Below are positions 20,020 through 28,960 of a DNA stretch of 39,941 nt, one piece after another (position 1 is the stretch's first letter; each line of letters starts with the position of its first letter). The stretch is from Limisphaerales bacterium (lineage in GTDB: Bacteria; Verrucomicrobiota; Verrucomicrobiia; Limisphaerales; SIBE01): contig JBGAIN010000071.1 of the NCBI GenBank assembly GCA_044225505.1, positions 1 through 39,941 of the forward strand, read 5' to 3'. Under the pieces are notes generated by a model. The model was not told the DNA's origin and ran no database searches. It saw nothing but the letters and a program-made list of their open reading frames with translations. The position numbers and the translations under genes are program-made.

Positions 20020-21702
20020 TCATTTGCTCGGTGGAGCCATCATTTTCCGATTCATCGCCAAGGCAAGCCGATTATTGTTGATCGCGATCTTTCGGAATTC
20101 CCCAAATTTCTCAACTTCTTCGGGTTTAAGAATGGCAGCGAAGCGAGTTTGCGCTTGTTCGTAAATACCATCCAGGAGTTGCAAGTTCTTCTCGGCTTCC
20201 TCTTCCGAGACAAAGTTTCGAAAATTGAGCGTAGGAACTGTCTGGTAGTCTGCCGCTAACCCCGCTTGGCCAATGGCTTTCTGTGTTTCGTCCTGGAACA
20301 CCTCGAAGAGCTGTTGGGACAAGCCTTCGCGCGCACTGCGGTCACCTCCCAGTGTCGCCACAAACTGGTCGGCACTTAATCGGCTCAAGAGATTCCGGTT
20401 GAAATCCTTGAACTGGATCAGGCCATCCTCACCCATCAACCCTTTGACTTTAGTGTGAAGATCGGTCTCCTGTTGGGCAAAGACGCGCTCCATCTCGTCG
20501 GATCCTTTACCTTCGCGCAACAGTTCCGTGATATGATGGATGTTTTCCATCACATCGTCGGCAAGCAAATTGTTGAGCGCTTCCAGCTTCTCCGGAGCGA
20601 CATTCGCCTGCTTACCAAATGTCCTGTAGATAGCCCCCAAGCCGAGTTTCTGCTGATCCCGCAACATCTTCCACATCTCCGGATTCTGCGTGAGGCCGCT
20701 GAGCACGCTGGACGTGCTCGGCTTCGGCGCCGCCGCCGCTTCGTCAACCGCTTTCCTCAAAGCTCCCACCTGACCGCGCAGTTTCACTAACTCCTGAGCC
20801 TGCTTTGCGCTTTGCGGATCGGTCGCAGGTGCCGAGGCATGAGCGACGAGATTCGAAAGACGCTCGTTCTCATCACGCAACCGGCCGACATCTGCGAGCT
20901 GAGCCCGCAGCGTCTGCACTTCGTCATTGAATTGCTGCTTCTGCCGCTGCTGCACGATCCACGGCGCTGTGACAGCCACGGCCAACGCCGCGGCGATTCC
21001 GGTTTTTAGTTTGGTCATATGGATGAAGTATAAAAGCAACGGGGCTGTGCCTCCGCCCGCACTGGCGGTGGCAGCAGCCGCAGCGGACACCATGGCCGCA
21101 AGCCCTAACGGAGCCGCTTCCATCACGTGTGTCGTTAATGCGGTCGCAAGCGCTGTCCCAGAGAGGACCACTCCGCGCTTCGCCAGCAGGCAACGCAGCT
21201 TTTCGAGCGCGCGCACCACACGCTTGCGGGCGGCTTCTTCGGAAATCCCGAGCCCGCGACCAAGCGCGTTGAACTCTTGCCGCTCAAAGAATCGGAGCAC
21301 GACCGCTTGTCGGTCGTTCGCGCTTAAATGGTTGATCGCGTCATCCAGAACGGGCTCCAAGGCCCGAAACGATTCATCCTCGGAGTTCATGTTCTGGATC
21401 TCCATGGCAAGCCTTTCCCGCGCTTTGCGTCGTGTCTCCGTGCGGATCCATCGTCGCGCCAGAAAACAGGTGTGCCGATGTAGCCAACCGCCCAGCAGAG
21501 TCTCCCGGGACAAACCACCAGCCATTTTGGCCAAATCGACAAAGACCCGCTGCGTGATATCCTGCGCGGCGTGAATATCTCCCTGAACCCAGCGGCGCGC
21601 CGTGCCATACACCAGATCGACGTAGCGCTGGACAATTTCCTGAAACGCCGCTTCCGAACCGGTCTTAGCATACTGCGCTAACAGTTGATGAACTTCTGTC
21701 AT
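20020..21702 (-). CDS. ECF sigma-70 factor with Ala-rich linker, TM helix and C-terminal helical extension
   Basis: ATG 21702 after GAAAGGG. Sigma2 SEAAFQEIVQRYVDLVY..AQDITQRVF..LGGWL; sigma4 DRQAVVLRFFE..LGISEEAARKRVVRALEKLR; TM KTGIAAALAVAVTAPWIV. Confidence 0.9.
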   Translation of the reverse strand: MTEVHQLLAQYAKTGSEAAFQEIVQRYVDLVYGTARRWVQGDIHAAQDITQRVFVDLAKMAGGLSRETLLGGWLHRHTCFLARRWIRTETRRKARERLAMEIQNMNSEDESFRALEPVLDDAINHLSANDRQAVVLRFFERQEFNALGRGLGISEEAARKRVVRALEKLRCLLAKRGVVLSGTALATALTTHVMEAAPLGLAAMVSAAAAATASAGGGTAPLLLYFIHMTKLKTGIAAALAVAVTAPWIVQQRQKQQFNDEVQTLRAQLADVGRLRDENERLSNLVAHASAPATDPQSAKQAQELVKLRGQVGALRKAVDEAAAAPKPSTSSVLSGLTQNPEMWKMLRDQQKLGLGAIYRTFGKQANVAPEKLEALNNLLADDVMENIHHITELLREGKGSDEMERVFAQQETDLHTKVKGLMGEDGLIQFKDFNRNLLSRLSADQFVATLGGDRSAREGLSQQLFEVFQDETQKAIGQAGLAADYQTVPTLNFRNFVSEEEAEKNLQLLDGIYEQAQTRFAAILKPEEVEKFGEFRKIAINNNRLALAMNRKMMAPPSK

Positions 21703-22063
21703 CCCTTTCCTGTAAAGACCCGCAAGCCGGCCAAACCGGACAAAGTTTATTCTGCACCAGATTTGCGATCCGCCAGCCTGGCAGAACCCGCCGTTCAACG
21801 CGTGTCGCAAGGCGGGTATCGTCTCGAGTTTGCCGCGAAGAACTTCCAATTCAAATCCGAAGAAAGGTCGACATCGCTTGGCCGCACTCCCTTCCGATGG
21901 AAGCTGACAACGTCGCACGACGCGCTAAAATGGCACCCGTCATGAGCCAAGTTATAACGACGCTGCCATGGAACTGGAAGACATGAGGGTTTTAGCGACT
22001 TTCACCGCGGTGTGAGAGACCCCAACAACTTGGCGCCTTTCCATTAAGTAACCCGGACTTTCT

Positions 22064-23551
22064 TTGAATCTTTTCCGATCGGATCGACCTTCTGACCCAG
22101 CGTCACCCTCTGTCTCGACGGTGATCGTTAGCCTCGTTTGGGTTGTCGTCCTGACCGCCTTGCTCATCCTCCCCTTGCGCATCCTTCGTTCCGGTTATTT
22201 GCCACCCGACGACGCGCTTCGGCATGCGGCCAGGGCTGTCAGTGGAAAATCCTGGCAAGAGATCCTGATCATGCGGCCAGAGATCACCGTTGATCATAAT
22301 CCGGGATGGAACTTCATCTTGGAATGGATCCATCGGCGAACAGGATGGACTCCCACAACCCTCGTCCAGCTCTCCGTGGTGGCTCTATTCATCGCGTTTG
22401 CGCTGTCACCGTTCGTTCGCCTCAAACGGCCCGAAGCCTGGTTGCTCGCGATCACAGGGGTCATGGTCATTTTTCCCTACTTCGCCGCTCGTGCTTTCGT
22501 GGGGCGCCCACTCCTCCTCACCATGGGCGTCACCCTCATCCTCCTCTCCATCTGGACGCGTTTAGACAAGACGGTTCCTGGGAAAACACTCTTGCTCTTG
22601 AGCAGCGCACTCGTCGCATTGGCCGTATGGGTTCACGGAAGTTGGTATTTGTTGGTTCTGGTGCCCGTGGTTTTCGCTCTTGCCCAACAGTGGCACAAAG
22701 CCTTTCTCCTGTTCCTTTGCTGGTTCGTTGGTTGCCTGGTCGGCGCATTGCCAACCCTTCAACCTTGGGCGTTCTTGTCTCAAACTCTGCTCATTCCTTT
22801 CGCGGCCCTCTCTCCCAGTGCTCCCGTGCAATCGCTGGTCGGCGAGTTTCAGCCATTCACCGGCGGGTACCCCGCTGCCATTCTGGTTGCGGTGGTGCTG
22901 TTGGGCCGTCGCTTATTCAAACTCCCTCAGGGATCACCCTGGCACGATCCAGTCCTCTGGATGGCAGCGCTGGGCTTCGTGCTCGGCTTCCACGTCCTTC
23001 GTTTCTGGCTGGATTGGGGACTGCCAGCGCTCGCCCTATGGCTAGCCCGTCAGATCGAGGAGTTCCTCCAGCTGAAGACTTCGCAGACTAGCTGGCTTCG
23101 CTTGGCCTACAGCAGCCTTTTCGCAGTGCTCTTGATCGGTGCGGTCGGAGCCGATCACGAAGGCCGTTGGACACAGACGGGGAACTTCGAAGCCCTGGAT
23201 GCCGCGCGCGCCGAACAGGCTCCGTGGCTTCCCGATCCGGGCGGCGTTCTTTACAGCGTTGACCTGTCGGTGTTTTACGAGACGTTCTTTCGCAACCCGC
23301 ACGGGCCCTGGCGCTACGTTCTGGGCTTTGAACCTTCCTTCATGCGCCCGGACGATTTGGCCGTGTATCAAGAGCTTTGGCGAACTCTCAACGCGATGAA
23401 AGCCACGGCGCCGTGGGTCCAAAGGATGACACCGGCCGATCGCCTGGTGCTGCATGCCAGCCCGAAAACGCGCCCGAACATTCCGGGGCTGCAATGGCAC
23501 TACGTGGTGAAAGAGACGTGGGTCGGGCGGCGGGAATGGCCGGGCCGATAG
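22064..23551 (+). CDS. Polytopic membrane protein, GT-C-fold glycosyltransferase-like
   Basis: Many hydrophobic segments; acidic PPDDALRH motif in the loop after TM1; soluble C-terminal tail. The TTG start is uncertain. Confidence 0.6.
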   Translation: MNLFRSDRPSDPASPSVSTVIVSLVWVVVLTALLILPLRILRSGYLPPDDALRHAARAVSGKSWQEILIMRPEITVDHNPGWNFILEWIHRRTGWTPTTLVQLSVVALFIAFALSPFVRLKRPEAWLLAITGVMVIFPYFAARAFVGRPLLLTMGVTLILLSIWTRLDKTVPGKTLLLLSSALVALAVWVHGSWYLLVLVPVVFALAQQWHKAFLLFLCWFVGCLVGALPTLQPWAFLSQTLLIPFAALSPSAPVQSLVGEFQPFTGGYPAAILVAVVLLGRRLFKLPQGSPWHDPVLWMAALGFVLGFHVLRFWLDWGLPALALWLARQIEEFLQLKTSQTSWLRLAYSSLFAVLLIGAVGADHEGRWTQTGNFEALDAARAEQAPWLPDPGGVLYSVDLSVFYETFFRNPHGPWRYVLGFEPSFMRPDDLAVYQELWRTLNAMKATAPWVQRMTPADRLVLHASPKTRPNIPGLQWHYVVKETWVGRREWPGR

Positions 23552-23577
23552 CGCGAGTGCAAAAAAACAGTTGCGTC

Positions 23578-23615
23578 TCTTACAGTCGTAAGATATGAAT
23601 CTTACATCCGTAAGA
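23578..23615. promoter_or_regulatory. Tandem BlaI/CopY-type operators
   Basis: TCTTACAGTCGTAAGA (23578-23593) and TCTTACATCCGTAAGA (23600-23615): palindromes 22 bp apart resembling TACA-NN-TGTA, immediately before the repressor ATG. Confidence 0.85.
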
Positions 23616-23616
23616 G

Positions 23617-24021
23617 ATGACCATGAAACCTCCCTCTTCCCGCCGCCCGACCCCGCCTCCTTCCATCACCGAAGCCGAGTGGCTCGTCATGCAGGTCGTG
23701 TGGCGGCAGCAACCAGTGACCGCAAACCAGGTTGTCCTGGCACTGGAGCCAAAGACCGATTGGAAGCCGAAAACCATTCACACGCTGCTGCGGCGCCTCG
23801 TGCAAAAGAAAGCGCTTCGCTACGAAAAGATCGGCCGTGAGTTTCAGTATCGCCCGTGCGTCGAAGCCGCTCAGTGCACGCACTTCGCCAGCCGATCTTT
23901 CCTGGATCGGTTTTTCGGCGGGCACCTGGCCCCTTTCTGGCTTGCTTCCTGGAACGGGAAAAGCTCGCGCCCGAAGAACTTGAGGAGCTGCGTCGAATTC
24001 TCCAATGAGAAAATCCCATGA
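23617..24021 (+). CDS. BlaI/MecI/CopY-family transcriptional repressor (C-terminus scrambled by compensating indels)
   Basis: ITEAEWLVMQVVW..WKPKTIHTLLRRLVQKKAL..FLDRFFGG. The expected tail LACFLEREKLAPEELEELRRIL is in another frame at ~23937-24002. Confidence 0.92.
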   Translation: MTMKPPSSRRPTPPPSITEAEWLVMQVVWRQQPVTANQVVLALEPKTDWKPKTIHTLLRRLVQKKALRYEKIGREFQYRPCVEAAQCTHFASRSFLDRFFGGHLAPFWLASWNGKSSRPKNLRSCVEFSNEKIP

Positions 24022-25791
24022 TGCCGCAAGTCGCGTTTGATGGGCTTCACGCCGCGTTCGACTGGACCTGGCGAACCTCGCTGGAAACCTCGGTTTTAAT
24101 CGTTTTGGTTCTATTGACGCAGTGCCTGTGGGGACGGAGACTAAGCGCCCAAGGACACTACCTCCTCGGTCTCCTCATCCTCCTGCGCCTGGCGACTCCC
24201 ACCGTTCCGTCGAGCGACTTTAGCGCTCTCAATCTGACACGATATTGGAAGACGCCGAGCGCAAGAACCGCTCCCATCACGAGCATCGCCGATGTGCCAA
24301 TCGCGCGGCGCACCACGGCACTGGAAACACGGCCCATGATCACGGACGCGCCACCGTCCACGGCATTTGCTGCGAACTCGCGACGCTTTGTTCCTTGGGC
24401 CTGGGTGTGGGCGTTGGGGGTCGCCACCCTGCTCTGCGCCGCTTTGATCCGCCACCGGCGATGTGCCCGATGGATTCGCCATCAGATTTCCCTCACAGAA
24501 CCGTGGGTGCTCTCGGCGCTTGCCACCGCCTCAAAAAGAGATGGGCGTGCGGTGCGCGATAAGGTTAGTGGCGACCCAGGATCGGAGCGCACCGGCGCTC
24601 TTTGGCTGGATCAAGCCGTCCTTACTCGTGCCCGAAGTCGCTCTTTCCGAACTGACCCCAGAGGAGTTGGGACTGGTGTTTCGACATGAACTGGTCCACC
24701 TGCGGCGCTGTGACGTGCTTTGGAACTGGGTCATTCTAGCCGTGAGTGCCGTCCATTGGTTCAATCCGCTCGTTTGGATCGCCATGCGCCGCCTGCGGGC
24801 TGACCGCGAGCTCGTCTGCGATAGCGCCGTGCTGCGTCAATTGCCGGTGGCAGAGCAACGGCTTTACGGAAACACGCTGTTGAAATTGCTCGAATGTGTT
24901 TCCCGCCCCCGGCTTTCACCAAGTCTTGTTCCTGTCCTTAACCACAAACCAGAAATCACCAGAAGAATTGTTATGATATCCAAATTCCGCGTCCCGGGCC
25001 GAGCGGCCTGGGCTTTAACAACCCTCACCGCCATCGTTCTCTGCTGCCTGACTTTCACGCGCGCGGCCGATCAGCCCAAAACCGTTTCCGCCACCCCTGC
25101 GGAACGCTCCGCCTCGAACCAAGACCTCGAAGCACTCCGAGCAAAACAGCGGCGCGAACGCCTAGACCTGGGAGTCCAAGACCTCGACGCTCGAATTGCC
25201 AAGCAACAGAAAGAACTGGATCAACTCCGCATCGAGCTAGGGATTCCAGCAGATGTTGCTGACGGTCAGGAACCGACGAGCGGAGCGAACGAATCGGCGC
25301 GACTGCTGGAGCAACGACGCATTTCGGCTGTGGCCGAGGCCATGCGATATCAGAAGATCCATCAGCAACTCTTGGAGCTCCCTTCGTCTCGACGTCTTCA
25401 AGCGCTGCCGACCGCGATTCCTGATCAGGAACTCTCCCAACTTCTACACGAACTCCACGCCGCACAAGCTCAACACGCGCGGCTTTCCTCAGAGTTCGGG
25501 CCTCAACAGTCGGACGTGAGAGCGGCATCCAACACGGTGGCAACAGTAACCACGCAAGTTGAGAACAGAGTGGAAGGACTCATGGCTGGATTGCAGGCGC
25601 AGATCGCGGCGAATCAAGCGACCGCCGAGGAGCTCAACCTCCATCTGCGCGACCACACGATTCGCACCTCCCAACTCGTGGAGCGCTACCGTCCATATTT
25701 CCGCGCCAAGCGAAGTTTGGCTGTCCTGGAACGGGTGCGCGATAATTTGGCGCAACAAGAGTTGGAAGCCGCCTACAATCCGGACCGCTAA
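24018..25791 (+). CDS. BlaR1/MecR1-type M56 peptidase sensor with coiled-coil C-terminal domain; one frameshift near 24531
   Basis: ATGA overlap with the repressor gene. N-terminal TMs, PALFGWIKPSLLVP, HELVH (24685-24699), HWFNPLVW, DRELVCD, YGNTLL, then a TM and a helical domain. Confidence 0.88.
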
Positions 25792-25874
25792 GCCTCTCCT
25801 TGGGGCCTGGCATTTCTGCTAAAACCGCCCCAGGTCGCGGGGCGGCACCATCGCGGGCGGGAAGGTCTCCCGCC

Positions 25875-26657
25875 CTAACTTGACGGCGGGCTATCGATCC
25901 GCTCGGCGCGAATGACATCCGCTCGGAAACTTGGGACGACCTGTTCTCCAGGGCGGACGACCAGAAAGGTTTCAGAATCCCACTCGCCATTCACCCAACG
26001 TTCCAGCAAATGCAAATCGCCCTCCACTTGCTCAAATCGCCAGCCTCGCTTCTCGCAGATCGCTTCCACTTGCTCGTGGAGATGGAGAGGTTTCGTGAAG
26101 TCAAAATCGATGAGGACGCCGTGACTGTAGCTTTCGGTCCATTGGCCCATCACCTCCATCAGGTATTGCGCGCGTTCCTCGCCATATTTCGCGACCCATT
26201 CCGCGTAAACCGGATCTGGCCCAGTGTGTAAGCCAGCCCGCGTGGGCAGGAACTGCATGTCCATCGGTGAGATTTTCCCGCCCCGTCGTTGCATGCATTC
26301 CAGCCAGCCAGAGGTATAATAGTAAGAACCTGGGTGACTTTCTGACAACCTCTGATATCTGGCCATTGACCCAAGAAACAGCGTGATGCAATCGTGACCT
26401 CGCGGAATGACCAACGGCGTATGCGTCGCCCGGAGTCCGGAAATAATATTTCCGCACAACGCGTAACCAATCAGGATCGCATCATACTTACCGGCGGGCA
26501 CGGCATTGATCCGGCGCTGCACTTCTTCACGCCCCAAATTGGGATTATCGTGCAAACCCTGATTCAAGAACTCCAGATCGACCAAATGACGCGCCTGCGA
26601 CGCCACGAAACAGATTTCGCGGACCGCGATCTCACAGGCAATCACTTTTAGGAACAT
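25875..26657 (-). CDS. DUF1638-like protein
   Basis: KVIACE, GLHD.P, YDAILIGYALCG, PRGHDCITLFLGS, YYYTSGW motifs. ATG at 26657. Confidence 0.82.
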   Translation of the reverse strand: MFLKVIACEIAVREICFVASQARHLVDLEFLNQGLHDNPNLGREEVQRRINAVPAGKYDAILIGYALCGNIISGLRATHTPLVIPRGHDCITLFLGSMARYQRLSESHPGSYYYTSGWLECMQRRGGKISPMDMQFLPTRAGLHTGPDPVYAEWVAKYGEERAQYLMEVMGQWTESYSHGVLIDFDFTKPLHLHEQVEAICEKRGWRFEQVEGDLHLLERWVNGEWDSETFLVVRPGEQVVPSFRADVIRAERIDSPPSS

Positions 26658-26771
26658 GCGCGCAAGGCAGACGCTTGAAAAGCGCGTCGGCGATGGCGAT
26701 CTTCGCAAGATCTAGCCCCAGGCTCGTTGACACAAGTCAAACGAAGTCCGAACTGCGTTCCGGACCTTGGG

Positions 26772-26800
26772 TTGACAGTCCCTCGTCCCTGCGATAGGTC
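26772..26800 (+). promoter_or_regulatory. Sigma70-like promoter, possibly leaderless, for the propeller gene
   Basis: TTGACA-N17-TAGGTC followed 6 nt later by ATG 26807. Confidence 0.45.
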
Positions 26801-26806
26801 TGCGGC

Positions 26807-28105
26807 ATGGCACGCCAATCCGTCGCACGACTGCGCTCCCTGTTTTCCTGGACCCTGCACTTCGTAAATCCATCGGTCGCGCATCGCTTTCTCCTCTACG
26901 CCTGTCTGGCATCGATGAGGTGCTTCTGGGGAATTGAATCGGCGGCGGCTGTCGATTGGTTCCGCTGGCGCGGGCCCGACCTGAACGGCATCTCTACGGA
27001 GAAAGATTGGTCCGTTGCGTGGCCAAAAGAGGGACCGGTCCAGCGCTGGAAAGCCTCGGTGGGGCTGGGATTCTCCTCCATGACAGTCAGCCAGGAGAGA
27101 GTGTTCACGCTTGGGAACAAGGACAACCAGGACACCGTGGCGTGTTTGGACGCCGGCACCGGTCGCCCCGTCTGGCACCACACCTATCCCTGCGGCTTGC
27201 GCCCTCAATACTACGAAGGCGGCACAAGCAGCACGCCCACGATCGACGATGACCGAGTCTACTCCCTGGGAAAAGAAGGCCAGATCTTCTGCTTCGAGAT
27301 TCAGACTGGCAAAGTCCTCTGGGAAAAGCACCTTGCGCGAGAGACGGGGGCGACGCTCCCGCGGTGGTGTTTCTCTGGCTCTCCTCTAGTTCAAGGGGAT
27401 CTCCTCTTTCTTAATGTGGGCAGCACGGGCACTGCACTGGATAAGCGCTCTGGGAAGGTCGTGTGGTCATCGCAAGGCGTCGCTGGATATGCCTCTCCAG
27501 TTCCCCTGACCCTGGCAGCGAAACCTTGCCTGCTCATCTTCTCGGCGAAAGCCCTGGTCTGCGTCGAGCAGAAGGACGGGCACGAGCTCTGGCGCGTGCC
27601 TTGGGTCACTAAATGGGACTTGAACATCGCGGATCCCATCGTCGCCGGCGATGAAGTCCTGCTCTCCACGTTCGATCAAGGGAGCGCGCTTTTCAAAGTG
27701 AACGCCACCGGAGCCAAAGAAATCTGGCGCAACTCCGAGCTTTCCGCGCATTTTGCCACGCCGGTGTTGTTCAACGGCTCGATCTACGGGATTGATGGTA
27801 ACACCGACAAACCTCCGGCCGAACTGAAATGCCTGGACTTCGCCACCGGTAAACTGCGCTGGAAAGAGATGGGCATCGGTTTTGGGTCGTTAACAGTCGC
27901 AGACGGCAAACTGATTGTCCTTACGGATAAGGGAGAGCTCCTGGTTGCGCCCGCTAGCCCAACGGAGTTTCGGCCCGTGGCCAGAGCCCAAGTCCTGGGA
28001 GGAAAATGTTGGACCGCGCCGGTGCTCAGCAACGGAAAGATCTACTGCCGGAACACACCAGGAACCTTAATCTGCCTGGATGTCTCGAAGGGCGCTGGAC
28101 AGTGA
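26807..28105 (+). CDS. PQQ-binding-like beta-propeller repeat protein (BamB-like)
   Basis: DWFRWRGP..NG start and repeated CLD..TG...W blades; ends CWTAPVLSNGKIYCRN. Confidence 0.88.
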   Translation: MARQSVARLRSLFSWTLHFVNPSVAHRFLLYACLASMRCFWGIESAAAVDWFRWRGPDLNGISTEKDWSVAWPKEGPVQRWKASVGLGFSSMTVSQERVFTLGNKDNQDTVACLDAGTGRPVWHHTYPCGLRPQYYEGGTSSTPTIDDDRVYSLGKEGQIFCFEIQTGKVLWEKHLARETGATLPRWCFSGSPLVQGDLLFLNVGSTGTALDKRSGKVVWSSQGVAGYASPVPLTLAAKPCLLIFSAKALVCVEQKDGHELWRVPWVTKWDLNIADPIVAGDEVLLSTFDQGSALFKVNATGAKEIWRNSELSAHFATPVLFNGSIYGIDGNTDKPPAELKCLDFATGKLRWKEMGIGFGSLTVADGKLIVLTDKGELLVAPASPTEFRPVARAQVLGGKCWTAPVLSNGKIYCRNTPGTLICLDVSKGAGQ

Positions 28106-28142
28106 TCCTTCAGGTTTGCCCCAAGGATCCGACCGCGAGCGG

Positions 28143-28670
28143 TCATGGCGGTGTCAGCAGCAACTGCATGTAGACCACATCGAGCCATCGGCCAAATTTG
28201 AATCCGACTTGCTTGAAGTGTCCGACGGTCTCAAATCCGAATCTGGCGTGGAGTCGGACGCTCACTTCGTTGGACGCATCGATCGCGGCCACAATGACAT
28301 GCAGCGAACGCTCGCGAGCCGCCTGGATCAACGGCGGGAGCAACTGTTTACCCACCCCCCGGCCTCGCATCGGAGCCGCAATGTAAATCGAGTTCTCGGC
28401 TGTAAACTGGTATCCCATGCGATCGTGATATCGGTTCAAGGCACTCCACCCCACCACTTGGCGGTCGTGAACCGCGACGAAGATGGCGTAATCATGCTTG
28501 CGATGATCTTCGAACCACGCCATCCGCTGTTCCAAAGTGCGGGGTTCATAATCGTAACTTGCGGTGGTATGGATCACCGCGTCGTTGTAAATTTCAAGAA
28601 TTGCGGGAACGTCTGCCGCCGTCGCCCGTCTCACCTGCACTTCTGTCGCATGATTTCCGCCTGTCGCCAT
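28143..28670 (-). CDS. GNAT N-acetyltransferase, YncA/MnaT/phosphinothricin-acetyltransferase type
   Basis: ILEIYNDAV..TASYD, TAENSIYI, RGRGVGK, NEVSVRLHARFGF, VGFKFGRWLD. Confidence 0.92.
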   Translation of the reverse strand: MATGGNHATEVQVRRATAADVPAILEIYNDAVIHTTASYDYEPRTLEQRMAWFEDHRKHDYAIFVAVHDRQVVGWSALNRYHDRMGYQFTAENSIYIAAPMRGRGVGKQLLPPLIQAARERSLHVIVAAIDASNEVSVRLHARFGFETVGHFKQVGFKFGRWLDVVYMQLLLTPP

Positions 28671-28845
28671 GATCCCGTTGTAACAGCCAGACTCTCGCCG
28701 AACAGCAAAAACCGGGTGCCGCAACGGCGCATGGGTGCCGCGGATTGGCTCCCTCTCCGAGCGTCCCATTCTCGGGAATTCCTATTCCCACAGCCGAACC
28801 TCGAGAACCGCGCAGATTAATCCGTTAACCAGAGATTCATTTAAT

Positions 28846-28890
28846 GATCAGAGACTTACAATAAATTCAGGCCATGGCACGGGGCGTGCA
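28846..28890 (+). promoter_or_regulatory. Sigma54 promoter candidate with upstream IHF-like site for the transporter operon
   Basis: TGGCAC-GGGGC-GTGCA at 28875-28890 and GATCAG-AGAC-TTA at 28846-28858 in an AT-rich tract, 70 bp before the ATG. Confidence 0.65.
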
Positions 28891-28960
28891 ACGTTTCTTT
28901 ATATCGAGGCGTTGCGCGGTCTTGGCATCGGCCTCGAAGAGCTAAAGAACAGACGAATTC

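Noticed and set aside
21703..21918. 72-aa N-terminal extension of the first ECF sigma
   Set aside because: Not protein-like; ATG 21702 has an RBS and aligns with the paralog's start.
26807..28105. PQQ-dependent dehydrogenase
   Set aside because: At ~430 aa it is only the propeller; no quinoprotein catalytic features were recognised.
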